Positions 47,658-55,901 of a stretch of 64,000 nucleotides of DNA are shown here, one piece after another. The position numbers were made by a program, and so were the translations under genes. This DNA comes from Nibricoccus sp. GTDB lineage: Bacteria; Verrucomicrobiota; Verrucomicrobiia; Opitutales; Opitutaceae. Position 1 is the stretch's first letter. Each line of letters opens with the position of its first letter. The DNA lies in assembly GCA_047602425.1 (NCBI GenBank), contig JASGHG010000001.1:3712001-3776000 (forward strand), given 5' to 3'. Below the pieces are notes generated by a model. That model made no database searches. It was not told the DNA's origin and saw nothing but the letters and a program-made list of their open reading frames with translations.

Positions 47658-47881
47658 ATCCGCCCAAATCCAACGATCCATTGCACGGCGTTACGCTGGA
47701 GAAAATCGTCACGCGTTTGGCGGAGGAGTTTGGTTGGGAAGAACTCGGGCGCCGCATCCCGGTGAGATGTTTTCTTTTCGATCCAAGCGTGAAATCGAGC
47801 CTGACGTTTTTGCGCAAAACGCCCTGGGCGCGCAAAAAGGTTGAGGAGCTTTACGTGCGATCGTTACCGCCGGCGCCATGA
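47654..47881 (+). CDS. VF530/DUF2132 family small protein
   Basis: NDPLHGVTLE..GWEELG..CF..DPSVKSSLTFLRKTPWARKKVEELY; ATGA overlap with the HAD gene. Confidence 0.88.
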   Translation: MNPPKSNDPLHGVTLEKIVTRLAEEFGWEELGRRIPVRCFLFDPSVKSSLTFLRKTPWARKKVEELYVRSLPPAP

Positions 47882-50800
47882 AAGCCTGCGGAAGGCGACG
47901 AGAGTAAGCAGAGAAGATAGCAACCAAGCTGGCGTGGATCCCCCGCCGCCTCCGCCGCCACTCGGCGCAGGTGTACTGCCGGAGCTGGAACCGCCGCCCG
48001 AAGAACTGGAGCTACTGCTTGAAGAGGAGGAACTGGAGGACGAACTGGACGAAGACGAACTCGAGCTACTGCTGGACGAAGACGAAGAGCTGCTGCTCGA
48101 ACTCGACGACGATGACGAACTGGAACTGCTACTGCTCGAACTGGGGCCGGTGTATTCGTCGGCGCCGATATCGTAAGCCTGGCCATTGGGGCGGGGATCG
48201 CCGTCGATATCGGTCGTGAGAGCGGTGATGGTCGTGCCGGCATTCACCACGCTTGCGACCGAGGACAAAAGATGAAGGTCGCAGGCGGCAGGCGAGACGA
48301 ACCAGGAGCCAGAAGCAGAAGTGAAATTGGTGGAAAGGGTCGCACTGGCTCCGTTTAGGCCGACGATGGGTTTATTGGTGAGGTTATTGCGAATCAGTGC
48401 AGCCGTGGTCCCGGCATAGTTGTACTCAATGGCGTTGGCATAGGTGCCGGTGAGGTAAAGCGTATTGTTGTCAACCTCAGCGAAGGAGGCGGACTCGAGG
48501 GAGATGGCGGGGCCGGGAAAGCTGCCGGAGGTGCGGTTGTCGGCGATAAAATTGTTTTGGATCTTTCCTCCGGTGTGGGTGGAGGACACGCCGTTGCCAA
48601 AAGCAATGGCTCGGTCGCAGTTAAGGAAAAGATTATCGGTGACGACGGTGCCGGACGCGCTGGCATGGAAAACGACGGCGGGTTCCGCGGTGACAGAGCT
48701 GCCGGCGAGGGTGTTGAAAGTATTTCCGGTGACAGTCCAATTCACGCAGCCTTGGCCGTCGATGGCGGAGGTAGCGGACGCGGAAAAAGTACAGTTGGCG
48801 ATGGAGCCTTGATCGGCGCCGGGTAGAATCGCGACGGCGCGAGCGTGGAAGTTGCGGAAGGCGAGGTTGGCGATCGAAACATGATCGCCGGAAAACGTGA
48901 AGATGGGTCCGGAGGAAAGACTGGCGGCGTCGAGGAACGCGGTCGGCGGCGTGGCGGACGGACCGCGCACGATAAGATTACTGGCGGTGACGGCGGGAAA
49001 GGGCGACGAAAGCGCGTAAGGACCGGCGGCGAGGTTGATCGTGACCGAGGCGAGCGGATTGTCGGTGGCGAAAGTGATGGCGTTGGCGAGTTCGTTGGAC
49101 GTGGAAACGTTGATGGTGACCGAACCCGTCGCGCCGGAACTGGAGGAACTGCTCGAGGAAGACGAGGAACTGGATGACGAAGAAGAGCTGCTGGAAGACG
49201 AACTGGAGGAACTCGACGACGAAGAGGAGGAACTCGAAGATGAAGAAGAGCTGCTAGAGCTTGACGAAGAAGAACTGGAGCCGGAGGAGGAGGAACTTGA
49301 GGAAGAACTGGACGAGCTTGAGGAACTCGAGGACGAGGAGGAGCTTGAAGAGGAGGACGAAGAGCCTGCGTTGACAGTGAGTGAACCGACGTTGCTCCGC
49401 GCGAGACCGAAGTCATTAGTCACGTCGACGGTGTAGGCGCCGGAGTCGGAAACTTGGGCGTTGGTGATTGTTAGGGTTGCGCTGGTGGCTCCTGGGATCG
49501 GCACGCCATAACGCGACCATTGGTAGGCGAGAGGCGCCGTCCCAGTGGCGGTGACGCTGAAGGAAGCGGTCTGGCCGGCGGTGATCGTTAGAGGCGAAAC
49601 AGGTTGTGCGGTGATTGCAGGGAGGGTGCCGACGGTCAGAATCGCGGCATGGCTGGCGGTGGTGCCGGCGGTGTTGGTGACATTGCAGCGAAATTGGTCG
49701 CCGCTCATCGCGAGCGTGGCGACGACGCGAAATGACGCGGTCGTGGTACCCGTGTAGCCGGAGCCGTCGGTCAAGTCGCTCCACGTCGAACTGCCGGCGG
49801 CCAGACGTTGCCATTGGTATAGAAAGTAGCCGTAAGTGGTGGCATTGTCGCCCGCGGTGACATTAAACGGAGTGGAGCTTCCGACGGCGACGGCCTTGTC
49901 GGTGGGCTGGGTGGTGAGGGTGGGCACGGTTTCGTTGACGCGCAGCAATGCGGCGGTACTCGTCGCGGTGCCGAGTGAATCTGTGACGACGCAGAGAAAC
50001 TGATCCTGATCCATGGCGGGCGTAACGGTGACAATGAGCGTAGGGGTCGTGGCGCCGCCGACGCCCGAGCCATTCGATAAAAGGTTCCATGTGCTGGTTC
50101 GGGCGGATTGCCGAAACCATTGATAGTTGGACTGGGCAACGTTGCCGACGGAAACGATGCTGAAGGTGGCATCGCTTCCCGCGACGACAGTTTGTGGAAC
50201 GGGCTGCGTGGAGACTGTGATTAGAGATGCGGCGTGTTGCACTTCGACGACGAAATGGGCGAAGGCTTTTTTGCCTGCGGCATCGGCGGCTTTGAGTGCG
50301 AAGAAGTGAACTCCATCGGGGAGTCCTGTGATTTGCACTGTATTGCCAACCACGGCACCGCAAGTGGACGCAGGGACGAGGGTGACGGTCGGTGCGGGCC
50401 CGCCGGGATCGGCGGCATTGAAATTGATCGTGGCATTGCCGTCGGTGGACGTGACGTAGCTGGTCGGGATGGAAAGCGTGGGTGTCGCGTTTCCGTCGAG
50501 ATCGGCGAGCAATGCTTCGGCGCTGGCGCGATATTTTGTGTTGGCGAGAAACGGCGTTTGCGCGCGATAAGTGCCGGTATCGATTGTTTCGGCATTGCAG
50601 AAATGATCGATGGATTGTTCGACATTCTGGTAAACCGCATTGATCTCGGCGAAATCGCGCGCGATGTAGACGAAGCCGAATCGGAAATGTTTGGGCGACG
50701 TGGTGTAGTCGGGATTGCGTGCCCCATAGGTGGCGACCATCGCGGCGTGATCGAAAGTGTCGACCGACGACGAGCTCATGGTGAGGTCGGCGTTGTAGAC

Positions 50801-51589
50801 AGGATTGTTGAGCACATAGGAAGTTGGCCAGCGGGCGGCGACACCGAGAAGGTAGAGCGCCTGCTCGGAAAATGTTTCGTAGTCGTTGCTGCGGGTGTTG
50901 GAAACTTTCTGCCAACGAAAGCCATTGGTGGGATCGCCGTAGATTTTATTCACGTTAATCCAACCGTCGCTGGAGAAACCCGAGCCCATCTGGCAATCGA
51001 CCGTGGAATTGTCGAGCCAATGTCCGTTGCTGAGCGAAGGCGGAGTAAGATTATAGAACGCGCGGGCGCCCCAGGCGTGGCCGATCTCGTGGTCGTACAC
51101 GGCAAGAACGGGTTTGGAAACGAGACCACCGGGCAGATTGTAGCGGCAAAAATCCGTGGTAGCCCAGGTATTCGGCGCGCCGCTAATATAGGGCATATTG
51201 ATGCCTGAACCTTTATTAGCGCGGTCGATGTAGTTCGGTGTGTTGGAGGCGCCGGTGTTGGCAATGTAGCAGATCGAAAGATAGTTCCCGGGGAACTGCG
51301 TAGTGAGCAGATCGTAGGCATTGTTCAAGCGGGTGAACGGCGAGCCATAGATTTCGTTGTACGCGGTTGTCGGCGAAGACCAAGTGACCGTGGAGTCGAT
51401 GACGAAGAGGCAGTGCTCGGTATAGTAGGCGGTCGGGCTGAGCTGAACAATGGGAACGGCGGCGGGGACGTTCAGGCAAACAATGGCGGCGAAGAGCAAT
51501 CCTTGCACGGCGCGCGACAGCCAACGGATCGGCGTGAGAGCGACACGATAAAACAATGACGCGATTGGCGAGGCAGGGCTTACGGGCAT
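47864..51589 (-). CDS. Large secreted protein: HExxH metallopeptidase-like domain, three Ig domains, poly-Ser linker, right-handed beta-helix, second poly-Ser, GlyGly-CTERM-like tail
   Basis: YDHEIGHAWG; TQP..YQW Ig repeats; beta-helix-like Asn ladders; DIDGDPRPNGQAYDIGADE; tail APSGGGGGGSTPAWLLSSLLTLVAFRRLSWRRR. Confidence 0.85.
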   Translation of the reverse strand: MPVSPASPIASLFYRVALTPIRWLSRAVQGLLFAAIVCLNVPAAVPIVQLSPTAYYTEHCLFVIDSTVTWSSPTTAYNEIYGSPFTRLNNAYDLLTTQFPGNYLSICYIANTGASNTPNYIDRANKGSGINMPYISGAPNTWATTDFCRYNLPGGLVSKPVLAVYDHEIGHAWGARAFYNLTPPSLSNGHWLDNSTVDCQMGSGFSSDGWINVNKIYGDPTNGFRWQKVSNTRSNDYETFSEQALYLLGVAARWPTSYVLNNPVYNADLTMSSSSVDTFDHAAMVATYGARNPDYTTSPKHFRFGFVYIARDFAEINAVYQNVEQSIDHFCNAETIDTGTYRAQTPFLANTKYRASAEALLADLDGNATPTLSIPTSYVTSTDGNATINFNAADPGGPAPTVTLVPASTCGAVVGNTVQITGLPDGVHFFALKAADAAGKKAFAHFVVEVQHAASLITVSTQPVPQTVVAGSDATFSIVSVGNVAQSNYQWFRQSARTSTWNLLSNGSGVGGATTPTLIVTVTPAMDQDQFLCVVTDSLGTATSTAALLRVNETVPTLTTQPTDKAVAVGSSTPFNVTAGDNATTYGYFLYQWQRLAAGSSTWSDLTDGSGYTGTTTASFRVVATLAMSGDQFRCNVTNTAGTTASHAAILTVGTLPAITAQPVSPLTITAGQTASFSVTATGTAPLAYQWSRYGVPIPGATSATLTITNAQVSDSGAYTVDVTNDFGLARSNVGSLTVNAGSSSSSSSSSSSSSSSSSSSSSSSSSSSGSSSSSSSSSSSSSSSSSSSSSSSSSSSSSSSSSSSSSSSSSSSSSSSSGATGSVTINVSTSNELANAITFATDNPLASVTINLAAGPYALSSPFPAVTASNLIVRGPSATPPTAFLDAASLSSGPIFTFSGDHVSIANLAFRNFHARAVAILPGADQGSIANCTFSASATSAIDGQGCVNWTVTGNTFNTLAGSSVTAEPAVVFHASASGTVVTDNLFLNCDRAIAFGNGVSSTHTGGKIQNNFIADNRTSGSFPGPAISLESASFAEVDNNTLYLTGTYANAIEYNYAGTTAALIRNNLTNKPIVGLNGASATLSTNFTSASGSWFVSPAACDLHLLSSVASVVNAGTTITALTTDIDGDPRPNGQAYDIGADEYTGPSSSSSSSSSSSSSSSSSSSSSSSSSSSSSSSSSSSSSSSSSSSSSSSSGGGSSSGSTPAPSGGGGGGGSTPAWLLSSLLTLVAFRRLSWRRR

Positions 51590-51692
51590 GAACGAGTTGG
51601 GAATGCCCCAACATCGGGCATTTAACGCGTGCCTTTAAGCGGTCGCTGCCTTTCGAGAGGCGAGAATCCCTCTTTTAGGGGCAAACACCCAG

Positions 51693-53483
51693 TTACAACC
51701 GTCGTCCCGACAAGGTTCGCCACAAAAGAAACGGAGCTACAAATCCAACGAGCCACAGCGGCAGCGCGCCGCCGCCTCCACCGCCGCCCGGGGCCGGAGC
51801 GCCGGAAGAGGAAGAGCCGCCACCGGACGAGCTGCTGCTGGACGATGACGAACTTGAGGAGCTGCTAGATGAAGAAGATGAAGACGAGGACGAACTACTC
51901 GATGAGGAACTCGAACTGCTTGAGGACGAGGAAGAGGAACTTGAGGAAGACGACGAACTGCTGCTGGAGGAAGAGGACGACGAACTGGAAGACGAACTGC
52001 TCGTGAGCACAGTGAGCGTTGCGGTATTGCTCGTGAGATTACTGCCGCTGCTGGTGGCGACCATCGTATAGTTGGCGGCGTCGGTTGAGGCGGCCGCGGC
52101 GATTGTATACTGGCAACTGGTTGCGCCACCAATGGCGGTACCGTTTTTATACCACTGATAAGTGGGTTTCGGAGTGCCGACCGCGGAAGCGGTGAACGTG
52201 GCGGGGTTGCCTTGCGTGACGGTGATGGATGCAGGCTGGACGTTCATCGTGAGCGCCGTGGACAAGCCGGTGTAGGTCGCCTCGGGCCAGGTGCCGCCGA
52301 CGTGGAAATTATTGTTGTTGTTGAAATCGAAATAGGCGACGTGTTCCTGCGAAGAACCGACTCCCCACGGAGTGCGGGCGACGGTGGAGATCCACGTAGG
52401 TTCCCAAAAGACGACGCCCTTGCCGCCGGCGTTGATGACTTCCTGACAGAAAGCGGCCATGTAGGCGCGCTGGTTGGCCTGACTGACGGGAAGAAACGCA
52501 GGGTCGGGATCCCAGAGAATATTGTTCAGACCGTCGACCCAACCCTGGATCCACAAATAACCAGTCTCGACCACCATGACGTCCTTGGAAGGGTGATTGG
52601 CCTTTAGTTGTCGGATGAGGTTCCCCATGCCGGCGATCGAGGAACCATGCCAGGCATAATAGTAGGAGAAACCCATGATATCGAAGTCGGTGACGCCGAT
52701 CGTCTGTATCCACGCGTAGAAGCTGACAGGGCGCGTCAGGCCCGCGACATGCAGGGCGATCTTCGGGTTGACGCTCGCGGTGGCTCCGACCTCTCGGACC
52801 GCGCGGATGGCAGCATTCCACATGCGGGCGAAATAGGCATCCTCAGTGCGGGTGGTCCCGCTGACGGTATAATCGAGTTGTTGCGTAGCGCTGTTCCAAC
52901 TGGCGGTCAAGGTGGGGCGGACGAGGATGCCGGCGTTGGCTTCGTTGCCGAGCTTCACGATCTCGGGCATGAGACCGCGAGCATTGAGATCGGTCAGAAC
53001 GTTTTTGACGTAGGTATAAACGGCGACTTCGAGTTGGTCGTCGGTGAAGGCGCTCCACGCCCGGGGACGAACCTGGCGGCCGGGATCCGCCCAGAAGTCG
53101 GAGAGGGGGAGGTCGAGCATCACGGCCATGCCCTGGGCTTTGGCGTGTGAGATGGTGTCGACGACGTCGACGAAGTCGGAGTATTGGGCCTTGGAATTGG
53201 GTGCGGTTTGCGGGATAAGCTGCATCCACCACGGATCGTTCCACAGGCGAACACGCACGAGATTGGCGCCGTGCTCGGCAATGATTTGAAACGGATCCTT
53301 CAAAACGCCGTTTTCGCGATAGACGCCGCCGCAGTCCTCCATCTGATTGGTGACCGAAAGGTCGTTGCCAAAATAGAAAGGCGGTGCGGCGCGCAGGAAG
53401 GAACTCGCGGCGACGAGCAGGAACAGAACGGCCAGGACAGGCCGAATTGCGACGACTGAACGGGAAGCGACGGGGTAGGGCAT
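51693..53483 (-). CDS. GH53 arabinogalactan endo-1,4-beta-galactanase with Ig domain, poly-Ser linker and GlyGly-CTERM-like tail
   Basis: FGNDLS, GANLVRVRLWNDP, SDFWADPGRQ, VKLGNE (acid/base), GFSYY, VMVVETGY (nucleophile), GVVFWEP. ATG at 53483. Confidence 0.88.
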   Translation of the reverse strand: MPYPVASRSVVAIRPVLAVLFLLVAASSFLRAAPPFYFGNDLSVTNQMEDCGGVYRENGVLKDPFQIIAEHGANLVRVRLWNDPWWMQLIPQTAPNSKAQYSDFVDVVDTISHAKAQGMAVMLDLPLSDFWADPGRQVRPRAWSAFTDDQLEVAVYTYVKNVLTDLNARGLMPEIVKLGNEANAGILVRPTLTASWNSATQQLDYTVSGTTRTEDAYFARMWNAAIRAVREVGATASVNPKIALHVAGLTRPVSFYAWIQTIGVTDFDIMGFSYYYAWHGSSIAGMGNLIRQLKANHPSKDVMVVETGYLWIQGWVDGLNNILWDPDPAFLPVSQANQRAYMAAFCQEVINAGGKGVVFWEPTWISTVARTPWGVGSSQEHVAYFDFNNNNNFHVGGTWPEATYTGLSTALTMNVQPASITVTQGNPATFTASAVGTPKPTYQWYKNGTAIGGATSCQYTIAAAASTDAANYTMVATSSGSNLTSNTATLTVLTSSSSSSSSSSSSSSSSSSSSSSSSSSSSSSSSSSSSSSSSSSSSSSSSSSSSSSSSSSSGGGSSSSGAPAPGGGGGGGALPLWLVGFVAPFLLWRTLSGRRL

Positions 53484-53613
53484 GGCCAAAACGGGCGTGG
53501 GTTGGGGCGGGAACGAACTGAGAAAGAGGTAAAGCAGTGAGAGTTTAACTGGCAATAAAACAGTTTAAATTATGCTCTGAAAATTGATTTGGAATTAAGC
53601 AATCGATTGACAG

Positions 53614-54456
53614 CTACTTCTGTAAGTTTCTCTGATGCGACGGCGGTCGGCCCAAAACGCGTTTGAAGGCGTTACTGAAGGCAAACGCATCGACGTAACC
53701 GACACGGCCAGCGATCGTGGCGATCTTTTCCTTGGTGCAAGCGATCAGATCGGCAGCATATTGCATTCGGAGCCGGGTGAGGTAGGCGAGCGGCGGAGCG
53801 CCGAGATATTCGAGGCAAAGACGTCGCAGGGACTCTCCGCTCATGCCGGCGCAACGTGCGAGGCGGGCGAGGTCCCAAGCGCCTCCCAGATCGGATCGAA
53901 CCACGAGCCAGAGCCTTTCCAGCCGCGGATCCGCGCTGGAAGGTTGCAGCATGCGCAAGGCCTGCCGGTGTACGAGCGCGGATAAAAGCTCCATGGCGGC
54001 TGGTTCGGCTTCTCCGGCGGCCTCATGACAAAGTCCGGTAATCGCGTGATGCAAACCGAGTGTATCGGCTTGCACAAGCCGCGGCGCACTGCCGGCGCGC
54101 AACCCCGGCAGGGTGGCCGCTGGGTCGTAGATGAGCCAGCAAAGCCGCCAGTTGTGGCCTGGCCGCACTTCGTACGCACAGAAGGACCGCGCGGGGCTAA
54201 TATAAACGTGACCGGTAGGACAAGGCCGCCAACGTCCATCGACCATGGCACGGCCTTCGCCACCCGTGACGGCGAGGATCTGGTTGAACGCGGGGGCATG
54301 GCGGACAAAACGGTAGCCCCGGCCTGCTACGGTGTGGCCGGCAAAAAGAATTTTGTGCGCGGAAAGGCTTTTGACCTGGCGCGCGCTCGCGAGGGTTTCG
54401 CGGGTGGTTTTTCCTAGCGAGTGGATTTCGCAAAGCTGAGTTTCAACCGATTTCAT
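53614..54456 (-). CDS. AraC-family transcriptional regulator
   Basis: WDLARLARCAGMSGESLRR, YLTRLRM, IAGRVGYVDAFAFSNAFKR..G.PPS. Confidence 0.9.
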   Translation of the reverse strand: MKSVETQLCEIHSLGKTTRETLASARQVKSLSAHKILFAGHTVAGRGYRFVRHAPAFNQILAVTGGEGRAMVDGRWRPCPTGHVYISPARSFCAYEVRPGHNWRLCWLIYDPAATLPGLRAGSAPRLVQADTLGLHHAITGLCHEAAGEAEPAAMELLSALVHRQALRMLQPSSADPRLERLWLVVRSDLGGAWDLARLARCAGMSGESLRRLCLEYLGAPPLAYLTRLRMQYAADLIACTKEKIATIAGRVGYVDAFAFSNAFKRVLGRPPSHQRNLQK

Positions 54457-54550
54457 GGGAAATGGAGGCGTTCGCGACGAAGCGATTCTAGACCGTGAAT
54501 CTGACGATCAAGTAAACAAAACTATTTCGCTCCTTGTGGATTTCGCAAAG
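54421..54550 (+). promoter_or_regulatory. 15-bp direct repeat GTGGATTTCGCAAAG (54421-54435 and 54536-54550); candidate AraC sites
   Basis: Exact repeat, 115 bp apart; one copy lies inside the AraC 5' coding region and one in the divergent promoter. Confidence 0.55.
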
Positions 54551-54609
54551 GTTTTATGGGAGCTCCGCCATGGATCGCCGGGCGGGTTCGTGATAAATCT
54601 TTTTTCTCG

Positions 54610-55863
54610 ATGAAAACCGCCACTGCAACCCCGGCCGTCCTTCAAGGCGGCTCGCGATTGGAATTGATCGACGCATTGCGAGGATCCGCCCTCATGGGCA
54701 TTTTGCTTCTGCATTCGATCGAGCATTGGGATTTTACGCGCTATCCGGCGAATCCGCCGGAATGGCTGCGACCGTTCAACACCGTTGCGCACGACGGGGG
54801 CTTTTTTCTTTTTGGCGGCAAGTCCTACGCCGTCTTCGCGTTGATGTTTGGCGTGAGTTTTTTCTTCATGTTTGAGAGCTGGTCGCGGCGAGGGGTCAAT
54901 TTTCAGGGACGGTTTCTGTGGCGACTCGCGGTGCTGGCGATTTTTGGCTATGTCGATGGGATCGTTTTTTGCGGCGATTTTTTACTGGTGATCGCGATTC
55001 TGGGCGTGCCAATGGTTTTTTTAAACCGCCTTGGCCATCGCGCGCTGATCTGGGTTTCGATTTTGTTTGTGCTGCAACTTCCGACGTTGTGGCAAGTCGC
55101 CCGCATAACCTTTGATGCGGGCTACCAGATTGCGCGACCTTACCATTGGGGCGTCTACGGGCAACTCGGCAGGGTTTATTCGGCTGACTCTTTTTGGGAT
55201 TTTATCCGAACAAACGTGGGACTCGGTCAACTTTCGCGCCTGACTTGGACCTATGAAACGGGTCGTTACACGCAGATGGTAGGTCTTTTTGTGGCGGGAT
55301 TGGCGATGGCTCGATCCGGCGTGTTGTTTGACGCGAGGCGTTGCCGAAGGATGGCCGTGCGCGCATTGATTTTTGGAGCGATTGGTTTTGCGGTGGTTTA
55401 TCCCGCAAAGCTTCAGGTCGCTGGCTGGAGCCAGGCGGGGATGAGCCATTATCCGTTGAACAATCTGGTTTCGTCTTACTGCAATTTGGCCCAACTCGCG
55501 ATCTGGGTGGGTGGCTTCATTCTGCTTTATCAATGGGCTAGGGGCAGGACGGTGTTGCGCGTATTGGCCCCATTTGGGCGGATGAGCCTTTCCAATTACG
55601 TCGTACAAGGCCTGATTGGCGTGCCGCTGTTTTATGGCTTTGGCCTCGCGCTGTTCCGCTGGTTTGGGCCTTTCTACAGCGTGCTAGTTGGCTTCGCGAT
55701 GCTGGCCGGGCAGATCGTGTTCTCGCATTTCTGGATGAAACGTTTTAACTATGGACCTTTGGAGTGGCTATGGCGTGCACTCACGTTTGGAAATTTCTCC
55801 CTGCCCCTGCGTAAGTCCATTGCCATTCCCATCCGCTCCGCCGAGCCGGTCACTGTTTCCTGA
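54610..55863 (+). CDS. DUF418 (YeiB-like) membrane protein
   Basis: RLELIDALRGSALMGI, FALMFGVSF, GRMSLSNY..Q, YGPLEWLWR. Confidence 0.88.
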   Translation: MKTATATPAVLQGGSRLELIDALRGSALMGILLLHSIEHWDFTRYPANPPEWLRPFNTVAHDGGFFLFGGKSYAVFALMFGVSFFFMFESWSRRGVNFQGRFLWRLAVLAIFGYVDGIVFCGDFLLVIAILGVPMVFLNRLGHRALIWVSILFVLQLPTLWQVARITFDAGYQIARPYHWGVYGQLGRVYSADSFWDFIRTNVGLGQLSRLTWTYETGRYTQMVGLFVAGLAMARSGVLFDARRCRRMAVRALIFGAIGFAVVYPAKLQVAGWSQAGMSHYPLNNLVSSYCNLAQLAIWVGGFILLYQWARGRTVLRVLAPFGRMSLSNYVVQGLIGVPLFYGFGLALFRWFGPFYSVLVGFAMLAGQIVFSHFWMKRFNYGPLEWLWRALTFGNFSLPLRKSIAIPIRSAEPVTVS

Positions 55864-55901
55864 TTCCATTTCCCAACCAAGACGAACCTCCTGTTATCGC
55901 T

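Noticed and set aside
47841..49436. Glu/Leu/Asp-rich ORFs (ELEELLEE...) on the + strand
   Set aside because: They are the reverse complement of the poly-Ser tracts, not independent genes.
47999..52001. Low-complexity GA-rich tracts as possible CRISPR or microsatellite arrays
   Set aside because: No constant repeat with unique spacers and no exact tandem unit; fully explained by mixed Ser codons.
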